Shown in pieces: positions 55,295-64,000 of a stretch of 64,000 nt of DNA. A program made the position numbers and the translations under genes. Under the pieces are notes generated by a model. That model did no database searches. It was given only the letters and a program-made list of their open reading frames with translations, and was not told the origin of the DNA. The stretch lies in the NCBI GenBank assembly GCA_041651255.1, contig JBAZJP010000005.1:24405-88404 (forward strand), given 5' to 3'. The stretch is from Sulfuriferula sp. (GTDB lineage Bacteria > Pseudomonadota > Gammaproteobacteria > Burkholderiales > Sulfuriferulaceae). How positions within the stretch are numbered: position 1 is the first letter of the stretch; each line of letters opens with the position of its first letter.

Positions 55295-56599
55295 ATGCGA
55301 GTCGTTGTGCTTGGAAGTGGTGTCGTTGGTATCACCAGTGCCTATTATCTGGCGCGAGCTGGTTTTGACGTGACTGTGGTGGATCGCCAGCCCGGTCCGG
55401 GGATGGAAACCAGTTTTGCCAATGCAGGTCAGGTTTCGCCTGGTTATTCTGCGCCCTGGGCTGCACCCGGAATTCCATTGAAAGCCGCAAAATGGCTGTT
55501 CCAACGTCATGCGCCGCTGTCAGTTCGCCCGGATGGCACGCTTTGGCAATTGCAATGGGTAGGTCAGATGCTACGTAATTGCACGACTGAGCGTTATGCG
55601 ATCAATAAGTCGCGTATGGTGCGTTTGGCAGAATACAGCCGAGATTGTCTGCGGCAGTTGCGTGCTGAAACTGGCATCACCTACGAACATCGCACCCAGG
55701 GCACGCTGCAGGTATTTCGTACCCAGCAGCAGCTGGATGCGGCGGGCAAGGATATTGCCGTACTTGCCGAATGTGGCGTGCCCTATGAGTTGCTTGATCG
55801 GAATGGGTGTGCAGGGGTCGAACCTGCGCTGAATCTGGTCAAGGAAAAATTGGTGGGTGGCCTGCGTTTACCGGGTGATGAGACTGGGGATTGCCAGCTG
55901 TTTACTCGTTTGCTCGCGGAAGAAGCTAAAAAACTGGGTGTGGTGTTCCACTATAATTTGCCTGTGGACCGGCTGCTCAGCGCTAACGGCCGCATTACGG
56001 GTGTTGAAGCCAGCGGGGAGCGCATCATGGGCGATCATTTCGTGGTCGCCATGGGGAGTTATTCGCGCCCCATGTTACATGCGCTGGGGCTGGATATCCC
56101 GGTGTACCCAGTCAAAGGCTATTCGCTGACAGTACCGATTACCAATGCGGCTGCGTCACCGGTTTCTACCATCATGGATGAAACTTACAAGGTGGCGATT
56201 ACCCGTTTTGATGACCGCATCCGCCTGGGGGGTATGGCCGAGCTGGCGGGCTTCGATCTGACGCTCAATCCACGTCGCCGTGCAACGCTGGAAATGGTGG
56301 CAGGGGATCTGTTCCCGCAGGGGGGCGATATCCCCGCCGCAACTTTCTGGACGGGTTTGCGTCCGATGACACCCGATGGCACGCCTATTATCGGCGCTAC
56401 CCGTTACGAAAATCTGTGGCTCAATACTGGTCATGGCACGCTGGGTTGGACCATGTCTTGTGGCTCGGCGCAGGTATTGGCTGATTTGATGGCTGGACGC
56501 GTTCCAGCGATTGCGGCAGATGATCTGGGTTTATCTCGCTACGATGGCGGACGCATAGCTCATGCCAAGGTTGCGATGGGCAGCCAGTTGGCAAGTTGA
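55295..56599 (+). CDS. dadA: D-amino acid dehydrogenase
   Basis: [21 protein letters not shown]-x-[32 protein letters not shown]. Preferred start ATG 55295. Confidence 0.95.
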   Translation: MRVVVLGSGVVGITSAYYLARAGFDVTVVDRQPGPGMETSFANAGQVSPGYSAPWAAPGIPLKAAKWLFQRHAPLSVRPDGTLWQLQWVGQMLRNCTTERYAINKSRMVRLAEYSRDCLRQLRAETGITYEHRTQGTLQVFRTQQQLDAAGKDIAVLAECGVPYELLDRNGCAGVEPALNLVKEKLVGGLRLPGDETGDCQLFTRLLAEEAKKLGVVFHYNLPVDRLLSANGRITGVEASGERIMGDHFVVAMGSYSRPMLHALGLDIPVYPVKGYSLTVPITNAAASPVSTIMDETYKVAITRFDDRIRLGGMAELAGFDLTLNPRRRATLEMVAGDLFPQGGDIPAATFWTGLRPMTPDGTPIIGATRYENLWLNTGHGTLGWTMSCGSAQVLADLMAGRVPAIAADDLGLSRYDGGRIAHAKVAMGSQLAS

Positions 56600-56603
56600 T
56601 GTT

Positions 56604-57701
56604 ATGAGTCGCCCTGCTGTTGCTCATATTCGTCTGGATGCCTTCCGCCACAATTATCGTCTGGCAAAAAAACTTCATGGCGGGCGCGCGCTTGCCGTCA
56701 TCAAGGCCAATGCCTATGGCCATGGTGCTGTGCAATGTGCGCGTGCTATTGCCGATGAAACTGACGGTTATGCGGTGGCCGCGATTGAAGAAGCACTGAC
56801 CCTGCGCGCAGCAGGAATTACTGCGCCGATATTACTGCTGGAAGGGTTTTTTGAAGTAGCGGAACTGTTTGAGATAGTAGCGAACAATTTGTGGATCGTG
56901 GTACACCATCTCTGGCAAGTTGAAGCGTTGCTCGCTGCCCGGTTGCAGAAGCCGCTCACCATCTGGCTGAAAATGGATAGCGACATGCACAGGGTGGGTC
57001 TGGCGCCTGATGTCTATCGGCTGGTCTATGAACGACTGAAAGTACATCCCAATGTTGCGCAGATTGTATTAATGAGCCACTTCGCACGTGCGGATGAGCT
57101 GGCTTCTGCCTATACGATACGCCAAATGCATACTTTCCATGCAGCGATTACGGATATCAATGCACCCATCAGTCTGTCCAACTCGGCAGGCGTGCTGGGC
57201 TGGCCGGGTGCATATGCGGACTGGGCCAGACCTGGCATCATGCTGTATGGAGCGAATCCGTTTGCGGGGCAGGAAGGCTGCCTGGATGCACATTTGCGCC
57301 CAGTGATGCAGTTAACGTCAGCAGTGATTTCGGTACGTACCATACCCATAGGCGAATCAGTCGGTTACGGAGGTGTCTTCGTGGCTGAACGTGTTACCCG
57401 AGTCGGTGTGGTCGCCTGCGGTTATGCCGATGGTTATCCGCGTATTGCCTCGACGGGTACGCCAGTGGCGGTGGATGGCAAGCGCACGCAGTTGATCGGG
57501 CGAGTTTCCATGGATATGCTGATGGTGGATTTGACTGATCTGCCGGAGGCGGGTCTGGGTAGTCGTGTCGAATTATGGGGTGATCAGGTAGCGGTGAGTG
57601 AAATTGCTGGTCGTGCTGGTACCATTGCTTATGAATTATTGTGTAACGTCAAACGTGTCCGTTGTGTGTATACGGACACATTAACTGAGGAATCCTTATG
57701 A
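56604..57701 (+). CDS. alr: Alanine racemase (catabolic, DadX-type)
   Basis: AVIKANAYGHG (PLP Lys), LLLEG, MSHFA-x-AD, RPGIMLYG, VGYGG, GYADGYPR, GRVSMDM. Preferred start ATG 56604. Confidence 0.95.
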   Translation: MSRPAVAHIRLDAFRHNYRLAKKLHGGRALAVIKANAYGHGAVQCARAIADETDGYAVAAIEEALTLRAAGITAPILLLEGFFEVAELFEIVANNLWIVVHHLWQVEALLAARLQKPLTIWLKMDSDMHRVGLAPDVYRLVYERLKVHPNVAQIVLMSHFARADELASAYTIRQMHTFHAAITDINAPISLSNSAGVLGWPGAYADWARPGIMLYGANPFAGQEGCLDAHLRPVMQLTSAVISVRTIPIGESVGYGGVFVAERVTRVGVVACGYADGYPRIASTGTPVAVDGKRTQLIGRVSMDMLMVDLTDLPEAGLGSRVELWGDQVAVSEIAGRAGTIAYELLCNVKRVRCVYTDTLTEESL

Positions 57702-58072
57702 AACTGATACAAACCCAACACGCACCAGCAGCTATAGGTCCGTATTCACAAGCGATACAGGTCGGTTCGCTATTGTTCACTTCCGGGCAGATTCCGCTGC
57801 GTGCGGATGGCAGTCTGGTCGAGGGCGGGATTGAAGTGCAGACCCAGCAGGTGTTCGACAATCTGCGTGCCGTCATCGAAGCGGCTGGTGGTTCGCTTGC
57901 TCAGGTGGTGAAAACTACCGTGTTTCTTAAGGATTTGCAGGATTTTGCTGCAATGAATGGCGTGTACGAAGCGGCATTTGGTAGCCATCGCCCGGCGCGT
58001 TCAGCGGTGCAGGTTGCGCGGCTGCCTCGCGATGTGCTGATAGAAATTGAAGCCATTGTTTCCGTGTCTTGA
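57698..58072 (+). CDS. ridA: RidA/YjgF/UK114 family enamine/imine deaminase
   Basis: APAAIGPYSQA, SGQIP, KTTVFL, MN-x-VY, PARSAV (catalytic Arg), IEIEAI. Confidence 0.93.
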   Translation: MKLIQTQHAPAAIGPYSQAIQVGSLLFTSGQIPLRADGSLVEGGIEVQTQQVFDNLRAVIEAAGGSLAQVVKTTVFLKDLQDFAAMNGVYEAAFGSHRPARSAVQVARLPRDVLIEIEAIVSVS

Positions 58073-58119
58073 GCAGGATGGGTGTGTTTCGTCTATTTTA
58101 AAATTAACAGATTGACTGC

Positions 58120-59286
58120 ATGAAACCAGAACTCCATATCGATTGGCGCACTATCATTGCGCTGAATACCGTATCAACTTTGTCGCAAATCGGTCAATTC
58201 GGCATTGGTTTTGTGGTATTACCATTGTGGTTGGTCGGGCATGGACTCAACGCTGCTCAGATAGGGTTGTTCGCTTCCGTTGAATGGTTAGGTATGCTGA
58301 TCGGTATGGGCATAGCGCCACGTTTGAATATTCAGCTTGGACACCGTGCCGTGGTTGTGACCGGTTTGCTGGTTAGTATGCTGGCGCTTGCGGCCATTCC
58401 CTATACCCATTGGCCCATGTGGTTACCTGCCGCAGCGATGATAGGGTTGGGCATCGGCTTGCGCTGGATAGGGCTGGAACCCTGGCTGTACCGAATTGCG
58501 CCAAATGAGGCTCGTGGCCGGCTGGTGGGCTTTCATGAAACTCTGATCAGCATTGCACCTATCGTGGCGCCTGTGTTGACGCAGTGGGTGGGTATCGCAG
58601 GCGCTGCACCCTTGCTGCTGGGCGTTGGTTTTACGGGTTCGGCGTTACTGCCGTTGTTGTTCACACGACCAGAGCCAGATGGGTTGCCCGAGATCCATGT
58701 CAATGCTAATCAGGAAACTGATTTTGCGCATAAAAACATATTCGCACTGGGTATCGTTATTGCCATCATCGGTGGCGTTACTGAAGCGGCTTTTTCTGGC
58801 CTTTTCCCTTTATTCGGCATCAGTCGCGGCCTGGGCACTGATCAAATAGCGACTCTGCTTGCTGTGTTTGGTCTGGGGGGCTTGTTGCTGCAATATTTGA
58901 TCGGCTGGCTGGCCGACCATCGTGGTTTGGCTTTTGCCACGCTGGTTAACGCCGCAGGTGTTGTTCTCATTGCGGGAATTGCGGCGCTACCGCTGGGTTT
59001 CATTGGCCTCGCCATCGCGGTCTTCGTACTGGGTGGTACTATTACTGCCTATCTGACATTGGCACTTATTGCCTCCACTCAGGCTGGCGACGGTGACCTG
59101 TCTGTCAATGTCACGCGCATCTCTATGGCTTATACCGCCAGTTCTATCTTTGGCCCGCTGATCGCCGGTGTGGCAATGAAAAATTTTACCAGTGAGGCGC
59201 TTATCTGGCAGGTGGGCGTGTTGGCCGTTGTGCTATGTGCTTACTTGCTGTTCTCGATGCGCAGCTATCGCGCGCGTGCAAGCTAA
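58120..59286 (+). CDS. Major facilitator superfamily transporter
   Basis: About 12 hydrophobic segments; G-x-LADHRG motif; RGRL-x-G loop. Confidence 0.85.
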   Translation: MKPELHIDWRTIIALNTVSTLSQIGQFGIGFVVLPLWLVGHGLNAAQIGLFASVEWLGMLIGMGIAPRLNIQLGHRAVVVTGLLVSMLALAAIPYTHWPMWLPAAAMIGLGIGLRWIGLEPWLYRIAPNEARGRLVGFHETLISIAPIVAPVLTQWVGIAGAAPLLLGVGFTGSALLPLLFTRPEPDGLPEIHVNANQETDFAHKNIFALGIVIAIIGGVTEAAFSGLFPLFGISRGLGTDQIATLLAVFGLGGLLLQYLIGWLADHRGLAFATLVNAAGVVLIAGIAALPLGFIGLAIAVFVLGGTITAYLTLALIASTQAGDGDLSVNVTRISMAYTASSIFGPLIAGVAMKNFTSEALIWQVGVLAVVLCAYLLFSMRSYRARAS

Positions 59287-59294
59287 ATTCCTGG

Positions 59295-59343
59295 AAATGG
59301 CTCTGTGATTTTAAACAAAAGTGGCTCTGGTGAGCGGGCCATT
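59295..59343. promoter_or_regulatory. Candidate MocR/GabR-family operator upstream of the puuB-like gene
   Basis: TGGCTCT direct repeats at 59298 and 59322, plus inverted GGCCATT, forming TGG-N14-CCA (59322-59341). The same layout occurs at 62292-62311. Confidence 0.55.
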
Positions 59344-59431
59344 ATCTGGGTTAGTATCCTGTTCAATCGTTATCCCATAATGCAAATGCGCTCTATGAGT
59401 CGTTGCTGAGTGATTAGAATGGAAAAATCTT

Positions 59432-60739
59432 ATGCTGGCCTGTGAACAAAAGCTGATACAAAATTCCTACTATACGGACAGTGCAAACGCCAAACCCGAC
59501 TATCCTCGACTGGAGGGCGAGTTGGAGGCCGACGTATGCGTGGTTGGTGCTGGTCTGGCGGGTTTGTCGGCAGCGATAGAGCTGGCGGATCGTGGTTATT
59601 CAGTGATTGTACTGGAAGCCGAAACCGTAGGCTGGGGCGCGAGTGGTCGGAATGGCGGTCAGATCATTGCCGGTCTGGCTTGCGATCAGTCAGTGATCGA
59701 GAAAGCATTGGGTTTTGAAGCCGCGCGGCAGGCATGGGACATTACTATCTCAGCGCTTAATCTGGTGCGAGAACGGATTAAGCGTTTCGATATCAAGTGT
59801 GATTTGGTCGATGGTTTTCTCGGCGTGGCTGTAGGTGAACGCAAAGGTGCTGCATTGCGGGAGTGGTATGACAGCATGGCGCAGCGTTATCACTATGATA
59901 CCGATGCCGAGTGGATAGCGTCGCAGGACTTGCAGCAGTGGATAGACAGCCCTCGTTTTCATAGTGGCTATTATGATCGCCGCTCAGGTCACTTGCACCC
60001 GCTAAATTACACATTGGGCTTGGCGCGTGGCGCAGAAAGTCTGGGGGTGAAGATATTCGAACACTCGCCTGTGCGTGCCATGACCAAAGGTGAGCCAGCT
60101 TTGCTGCGGGCTGACCATGGCAGTGTCAAGGCGCGTTTTGTCGTGCTCGCAGGCAATATGTATCTGCCTGAAGTGGCACCTGACTTGGCACCTGAATTGG
60201 CGCGACGTATCATGCCAGTGGGTACTTACATCGTCGGGACTGAACCGCTGGATCCGGCCTTGACAGCCAGCCTGATTCCGACCAAAGCGGCTGTCTGCGA
60301 CTCCAATTTTGTGCTCGATTACTTCCGTTTCTCGGCGGATAACCGCATGCTGTTTGGCGGCCGGGTCAGCTATAGCACGATGACGCCACCTAATCTTAAA
60401 GACGATATGCATAGGCGCATGCAGCTGGTATTTCCGCAACTGGCCAGTGCCAAAGTGGAATATGCCTGGGGTGGTTTCGTCGATATCACCATGAATCGGG
60501 CGCCTGATTTTGGCCGGGTTGCGCCCAATGTCTATTATCTGCAGGGCTTTTCCGGTCATGGCGTGGCACTTACCGGCATGGCAGGCAAGCTGGTTGCCGA
60601 AGCTATCGGCGGTCAGGCAGAGCGTCTTGATCTGATGGCGCGTATTCCACATCACGATTTCCCTGGCGGCAAAATGCTGCGCACACCCGCGCTGGTGCTG
60701 GGCATGGCATGGTATCGATTGCGCGACGCACTGGGCTGA
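59432..60739 (+). CDS. puuB: FAD-dependent oxidoreductase, gamma-glutamylputrescine oxidase PuuB-like
   Basis: VVGAGLAGL, GASGRNGG, HLHPLNY, LDYFR-x-SAD-x-R-x-LFGG, QGFSGHG. puuD/puuA nearby. Confidence 0.8.
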   Translation: MLACEQKLIQNSYYTDSANAKPDYPRLEGELEADVCVVGAGLAGLSAAIELADRGYSVIVLEAETVGWGASGRNGGQIIAGLACDQSVIEKALGFEAARQAWDITISALNLVRERIKRFDIKCDLVDGFLGVAVGERKGAALREWYDSMAQRYHYDTDAEWIASQDLQQWIDSPRFHSGYYDRRSGHLHPLNYTLGLARGAESLGVKIFEHSPVRAMTKGEPALLRADHGSVKARFVVLAGNMYLPEVAPDLAPELARRIMPVGTYIVGTEPLDPALTASLIPTKAAVCDSNFVLDYFRFSADNRMLFGGRVSYSTMTPPNLKDDMHRRMQLVFPQLASAKVEYAWGGFVDITMNRAPDFGRVAPNVYYLQGFSGHGVALTGMAGKLVAEAIGGQAERLDLMARIPHHDFPGGKMLRTPALVLGMAWYRLRDALG

Positions 60740-60746
60740 GTTGTTT

Positions 60747-62243
60747 CTAGTGACTCAGCGCCGCCTGTATCACGCTTGCGAGGATGCGACCGTAAGGGGT
60801 AATACGTTCAGTAGCCGCATAAGCATAGCCCACAATTAGCCCCTTTTCGCGATGCTGGCCTACGCCGTAGCCAGACAGGGGGTAGACGCGCAGTCCCTGT
60901 TCTGCCGCCAGTTCTGCGACCCGTACATCGTCGCAATACGATGGCAGTTCCACTACCAGATGCAGTCCAGAACCCGCAGGTGGCAGGCGTGCACCCATGC
61001 TGGTAACGGGCGCTAGTGCTTTCTGTAACAGGCGGCGGCGTTCTCCATAAATTTGGCGCAGGCGTCGGATGTGGCTAGTAAAATGACCCTCTTCGATGAA
61101 CTCGGCAAGTGCTGCCTGAATTACCACCTGGCCGGGGCGCTGCAGTTCGTACAAGCCACGCTTGAAGCTTTCTGCCAGATCGGGCGGCACCACCAGGTAG
61201 CCCAGTTTGATGCCTGGGTACATGACCTTGGAAAAGGTGCCCAGATACAGCACACGACCGCTTTGATCCATACCCTGTAGTGAAGACAGCGGCCGCCCCT
61301 CGAAACGAAACTCGCTGTCATAGTCGTCTTCTAGTATCCATGCGCCCTGGCTGGCCGCGTAGTCAAGCAACAGGCGGCGGCGTCCGTAACTCATGACCAC
61401 GCCTTTAGGGTACTGGTGCGATGGCGTGGTGTAAATGAGGCGCGGCGGGCGCCGAAAATCGGCATTGCCTGGAGCCATTCCCTCATCGTCAACGGGTACG
61501 GGGTGCAGTTGCAGGCCATTTACCTCTAATACTCGACGTGCACCCCAGTAACAGGGATTCTCTACCCAGACGCGGTCGCCGTGATCGGTGAGCAGGCGGG
61601 CGCACAGATCAATCGATTGCTGAGTGCCTGAGGTAATCAGTATCTGTTCCACCGTCAGGTTGACAGCACGCGACATGCGCAGGTAGTTGGCGATGGCGCG
61701 GCGTAATGGCAGATAGCCGCCGGCATGGCCATAATCGAGGTGGGCGGGTTGCGGATCGCGCCATTGCCGGTTGAGCAGGCGCCGCCACAGCTGTGTAGGA
61801 AAAGCGGAGAAGTCATCTTCCCCTGGCGCAAAGGGTTGCACTTCATAACTGGGCTGGTCTGCCAGACCTGCTGCAGTAGCGCCTCGTGCAGACAATCCCA
61901 TTGTGGCTGCAGCGGCATCAGTGCCATTCGCTGTTATCGATATATTTTTTTCAGCAAAGTCTTCGGGTAGCGTTTTGGCGACACGAGTACCGCTGCCTGT
62001 CTGTGACACCACATAACCTTCATCGTGTAACTGTTCAAACGCAGCTAACAAGGTATTGCGCGATAACCCCAGCGCGGTTGCCAAGCCGCGTGTGGACGGC
62101 AACCGTGTACCCGGCGTGAGGTGGTGGCTGGCGATGGCGCGACGTATGGATTCATATACTCTGCGGTGCGCGGGCATTCGAGGCGGAAAACGCCCTTGTT
62201 TGAGCTCGTTGAGCAACCAGTCAGAGATGGTTAGGGATTCCAC
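60747..62243 (-). CDS. MocR/GabR-family regulator (GntR HTH + PLP aminotransferase-like domain)
   Basis: LPSTR-x-LA-x2-LGLSRNT, YTTPSHQYP-x-G, EDDYDSEFR, GTFSK-x4-G-x-KLGY. Confidence 0.92.
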   Translation of the reverse strand: MESLTISDWLLNELKQGRFPPRMPAHRRVYESIRRAIASHHLTPGTRLPSTRGLATALGLSRNTLLAAFEQLHDEGYVVSQTGSGTRVAKTLPEDFAEKNISITANGTDAAAATMGLSARGATAAGLADQPSYEVQPFAPGEDDFSAFPTQLWRRLLNRQWRDPQPAHLDYGHAGGYLPLRRAIANYLRMSRAVNLTVEQILITSGTQQSIDLCARLLTDHGDRVWVENPCYWGARRVLEVNGLQLHPVPVDDEGMAPGNADFRRPPRLIYTTPSHQYPKGVVMSYGRRRLLLDYAASQGAWILEDDYDSEFRFEGRPLSSLQGMDQSGRVLYLGTFSKVMYPGIKLGYLVVPPDLAESFKRGLYELQRPGQVVIQAALAEFIEEGHFTSHIRRLRQIYGERRRLLQKALAPVTSMGARLPPAGSGLHLVVELPSYCDDVRVAELAAEQGLRVYPLSGYGVGQHREKGLIVGYAYAATERITPYGRILASVIQAALSH

Positions 62244-62265
62244 AGCATTTTCTCCTGATGGTATA

Positions 62266-62315
62266 AAGTGGTACCAATAAAATAATCAAAATGGCTCTTG
62301 TAAGATTGCCAATTT
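62266..62315. promoter_or_regulatory. Candidate MocR/GabR-family operator in the divergent regulator/puuD promoter
   Basis: AAGTGG at 62266, AAAATGGCTCT at 62288, inverted TGCCAATTT at 62307. TGG-N14-CCA is conserved with the site upstream of puuB. Confidence 0.55.
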
Positions 62316-62502
62316 AAGCGAAGAATACACCTATTGATACTTGTTTTGCAATATATATTTCATATAAAACAATATGTTATTTGATTTGTATATTTTTATA
62401 ATTATTTTTTGTTTAATTTATTTTCGTGCGCTTTTATCCAATAAAGGTGCCAATTCATAAATAGGTAACCAGGGTGGTTATCATGATGATGAGGTTGTAT
62501 AA

Positions 62503-63273
62503 ATGATGCAGAATCGTACGCCGGTAGTGTTGCTGCCAGCAGACAGCAGACAGCTTGGAGATCATCCGTTTCATGTGGCGGGTCATAAGTATGTCAACGC
62601 TGTCGTGCAGGCGGCACACGCTTTACCGTTGATAGTCCCTGCGCTGGGTAATGACAGCGATATCGCGGCGCTGCTTGAAGTGGCTGACGGTATTTTGTTG
62701 CCAGGCGCGGTTTCCAATGTTCACCCCTCGCATTTTGATCAGGCTGTCCGCGATCCATCATTGCCACTCGATCCAGCGCGTGATGGTTTGACCTTGCGAC
62801 TGATACGCGCTGCGGTAGAGGCAGGCATTCCCGTGCTGGGCATTTGTCGCGGTTTTCAGGAAATCAATGTGGCGTTTGGTGGCAGCTTGCATCAGGCAGT
62901 GCATGAAACCGCAGGCATGGCTGATCACCGTGAACCGGATACACCCTTGCTCGAACAGCAATATGCCCAAGTGCATACCGTGCGCACCGTAGTGGGTGGG
63001 CAGCTGGCTGAAATGACAGGTTGCAGTGAATTCATGGTTAATTCTTTGCATGGTCAGGGAATTGATCGTCTGGGGGCCGAATTGGTGGCTGAGGCTTATG
63101 CACCAGATGGTCTGATCGAAGCCGTCAGTGTTGCAGGTGCGAAAACCTTTGCGCTGGCGGTGCAGTGGCATCCTGAATGGGATGTGTTGAATACGCCACC
63201 TTATCTGGCGATATTTCGTGCTTTTGGTGCGGCTTGCCAGGCGCGTGTGGTGCAGCGTCATGCTGGAAACTGA
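62503..63273 (+). CDS. puuD: Gamma-glutamyl-gamma-aminobutyrate hydrolase (peptidase C26)
   Basis: KYV-x-AV, DGILLPG-x2-SNVHP, GICRGFQE-x-NVA-x-GG, VNSLHGQG, VQWHPE. Confidence 0.92.
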   Translation: MMQNRTPVVLLPADSRQLGDHPFHVAGHKYVNAVVQAAHALPLIVPALGNDSDIAALLEVADGILLPGAVSNVHPSHFDQAVRDPSLPLDPARDGLTLRLIRAAVEAGIPVLGICRGFQEINVAFGGSLHQAVHETAGMADHREPDTPLLEQQYAQVHTVRTVVGGQLAEMTGCSEFMVNSLHGQGIDRLGAELVAEAYAPDGLIEAVSVAGAKTFALAVQWHPEWDVLNTPPYLAIFRAFGAACQARVVQRHAGN

Positions 63274-63304
63274 CAATAATATAGATATGCATAGGAGAAT
63301 ATAA

Positions 63305-64000
63305 ATGACTGATCGTAAAGATTTTTCCCATACCGACATGGAACAGTGGCTGGCTGATAATCGCGTGACTGAAATCGAATGTCTGGTTCCCGACCTTACC
63401 GGTGTAGCGCGTGGCAAGATATTGCCGCGCGAGAAATTTACTGCCGAACGTGCCATGCGTTTGCCTGAAGCTGTGCTGGGTGTGACTGTTACTGGCGAGT
63501 CGCCTGAACATCACGAAGGTTATGACAATGTGTTCGGCTTTACCGATAAAGACATGGTGCTGGTGCCGGATCCGAGTACAGTGCGCCTGGTGCCGTGGGC
63601 GGTTGATCCTACTGCCCAGGTCATCATGGACTGCTTCTTTCATGATGGCACACCAGTCGATTTTGCGCCGCGTAATGTCTTGCGCCGCGTGACCGACCTA
63701 TACAAAAACATGGGCTGGACACCGATTGTGGCGCCAGAACTGGAATTTTATCTGCTGGCCCGTAACACCGACCCTAATCAGCCGCTGGTACCGCCTATCG
63801 GCCGTAGTGGACGTGCAGAAACCAGTCGCCAGCTATACAGTATCGATGCCGTGAACGAGTTTGATCCACTGTTTGAGGATATCTATGATTACTGCGACAT
63901 CATGGGGCTGGAGCTGGATACACTGATTCATGAATTCGGCGCCGGACAGATGGAAATCAACTTCCTGCATGATGAACCGATGATACTGGCAGACAAGGTG
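63305..64000 (+). CDS. puuA: Glutamine synthetase-family gamma-glutamylputrescine synthetase (PuuA-like), truncated by window edge
   Basis: Not in the ORF track. Manual translation MTDRKDFSH...EIECLVPDLTGVARGKILP...D-x-DMVLVPD...APELEFYL...HEFGAGQMEINFLH stays open to the end. AGGAG RBS upstream. Confidence 0.85.
   Translation, partial: MTDRKDFSHTDMEQWLADNRVTEIECLVPDLTGVARGKILPREKFTAERAMRLPEAVLGVTVTGESPEHHEGYDNVFGFTDKDMVLVPDPSTVRLVPWAVDPTAQVIMDCFFHDGTPVDFAPRNVLRRVTDLYKNMGWTPIVAPELEFYLLARNTDPNQPLVPPIGRSGRAETSRQLYSIDAVNEFDPLFEDIYDYCDIMGLELDTLIHEFGAGQMEINFLHDEPMILADKV

Noticed and set aside
60002-63643. Long antisense ORFs 60002..60655, 62758..63456 and 63125..63643
   Set aside because: Opposite-strand shadows of puuB, puuD and puuA with no family motifs.

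Overview
Bases 1-54604 form a large mosaic surface-polysaccharide locus. It is followed by housekeeping genes for D-alanine catabolism (lrp, dadA, alr, ridA, MFS) and gamma-glutamyl polyamine catabolism (puuB-like, MocR/GabR regulator, puuD, partial puuA). The organism is probably a proteobacterium, betaproteobacterial by inference only. The locus has a Burkholderia wcb / Sinorhizobium rkp-type backbone: a type I PKS (WcbR/RkpA) coupled to an alpha-oxoamine synthase (WcbT/RkpG), plus WcbC/Wza, KpsE/WcbD, KpsM/KpsT, a half-length KpsC and KpsS. Mixed in are O-antigen-style parts: Gmd, Rmd, ManB, perosamine and viosamine pathways, many GT4/GT2 enzymes, methyltransferases and two sulfotransferase-fold proteins. 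Most interesting points: (1) PKS + oxoamine synthase + double-GNAT + extended SDR next to KpsS is the enzyme set of a ceramide-like lipid-anchor pathway (inference). (2) A Wzt C-terminal glycan-recognition domain is fused to a sulfotransferase-fold protein instead of the transporter ATPase. (3) Two 'stalked' enzymes (DUF4214-like module, tandemly expanded helical repeats of 4x84 aa or 5x36 aa, then catalytic domain) are candidate tunable molecular rulers. (4) A duplicated, reciprocally degraded WbdA-like polymerase flanks an MNT-HEPN pair whose catalytic Arg appears mutated. No tRNA, rRNA, CRISPR array, transposase or integrase was recognised. All family assignments come from motif recognition; no database searches were run.
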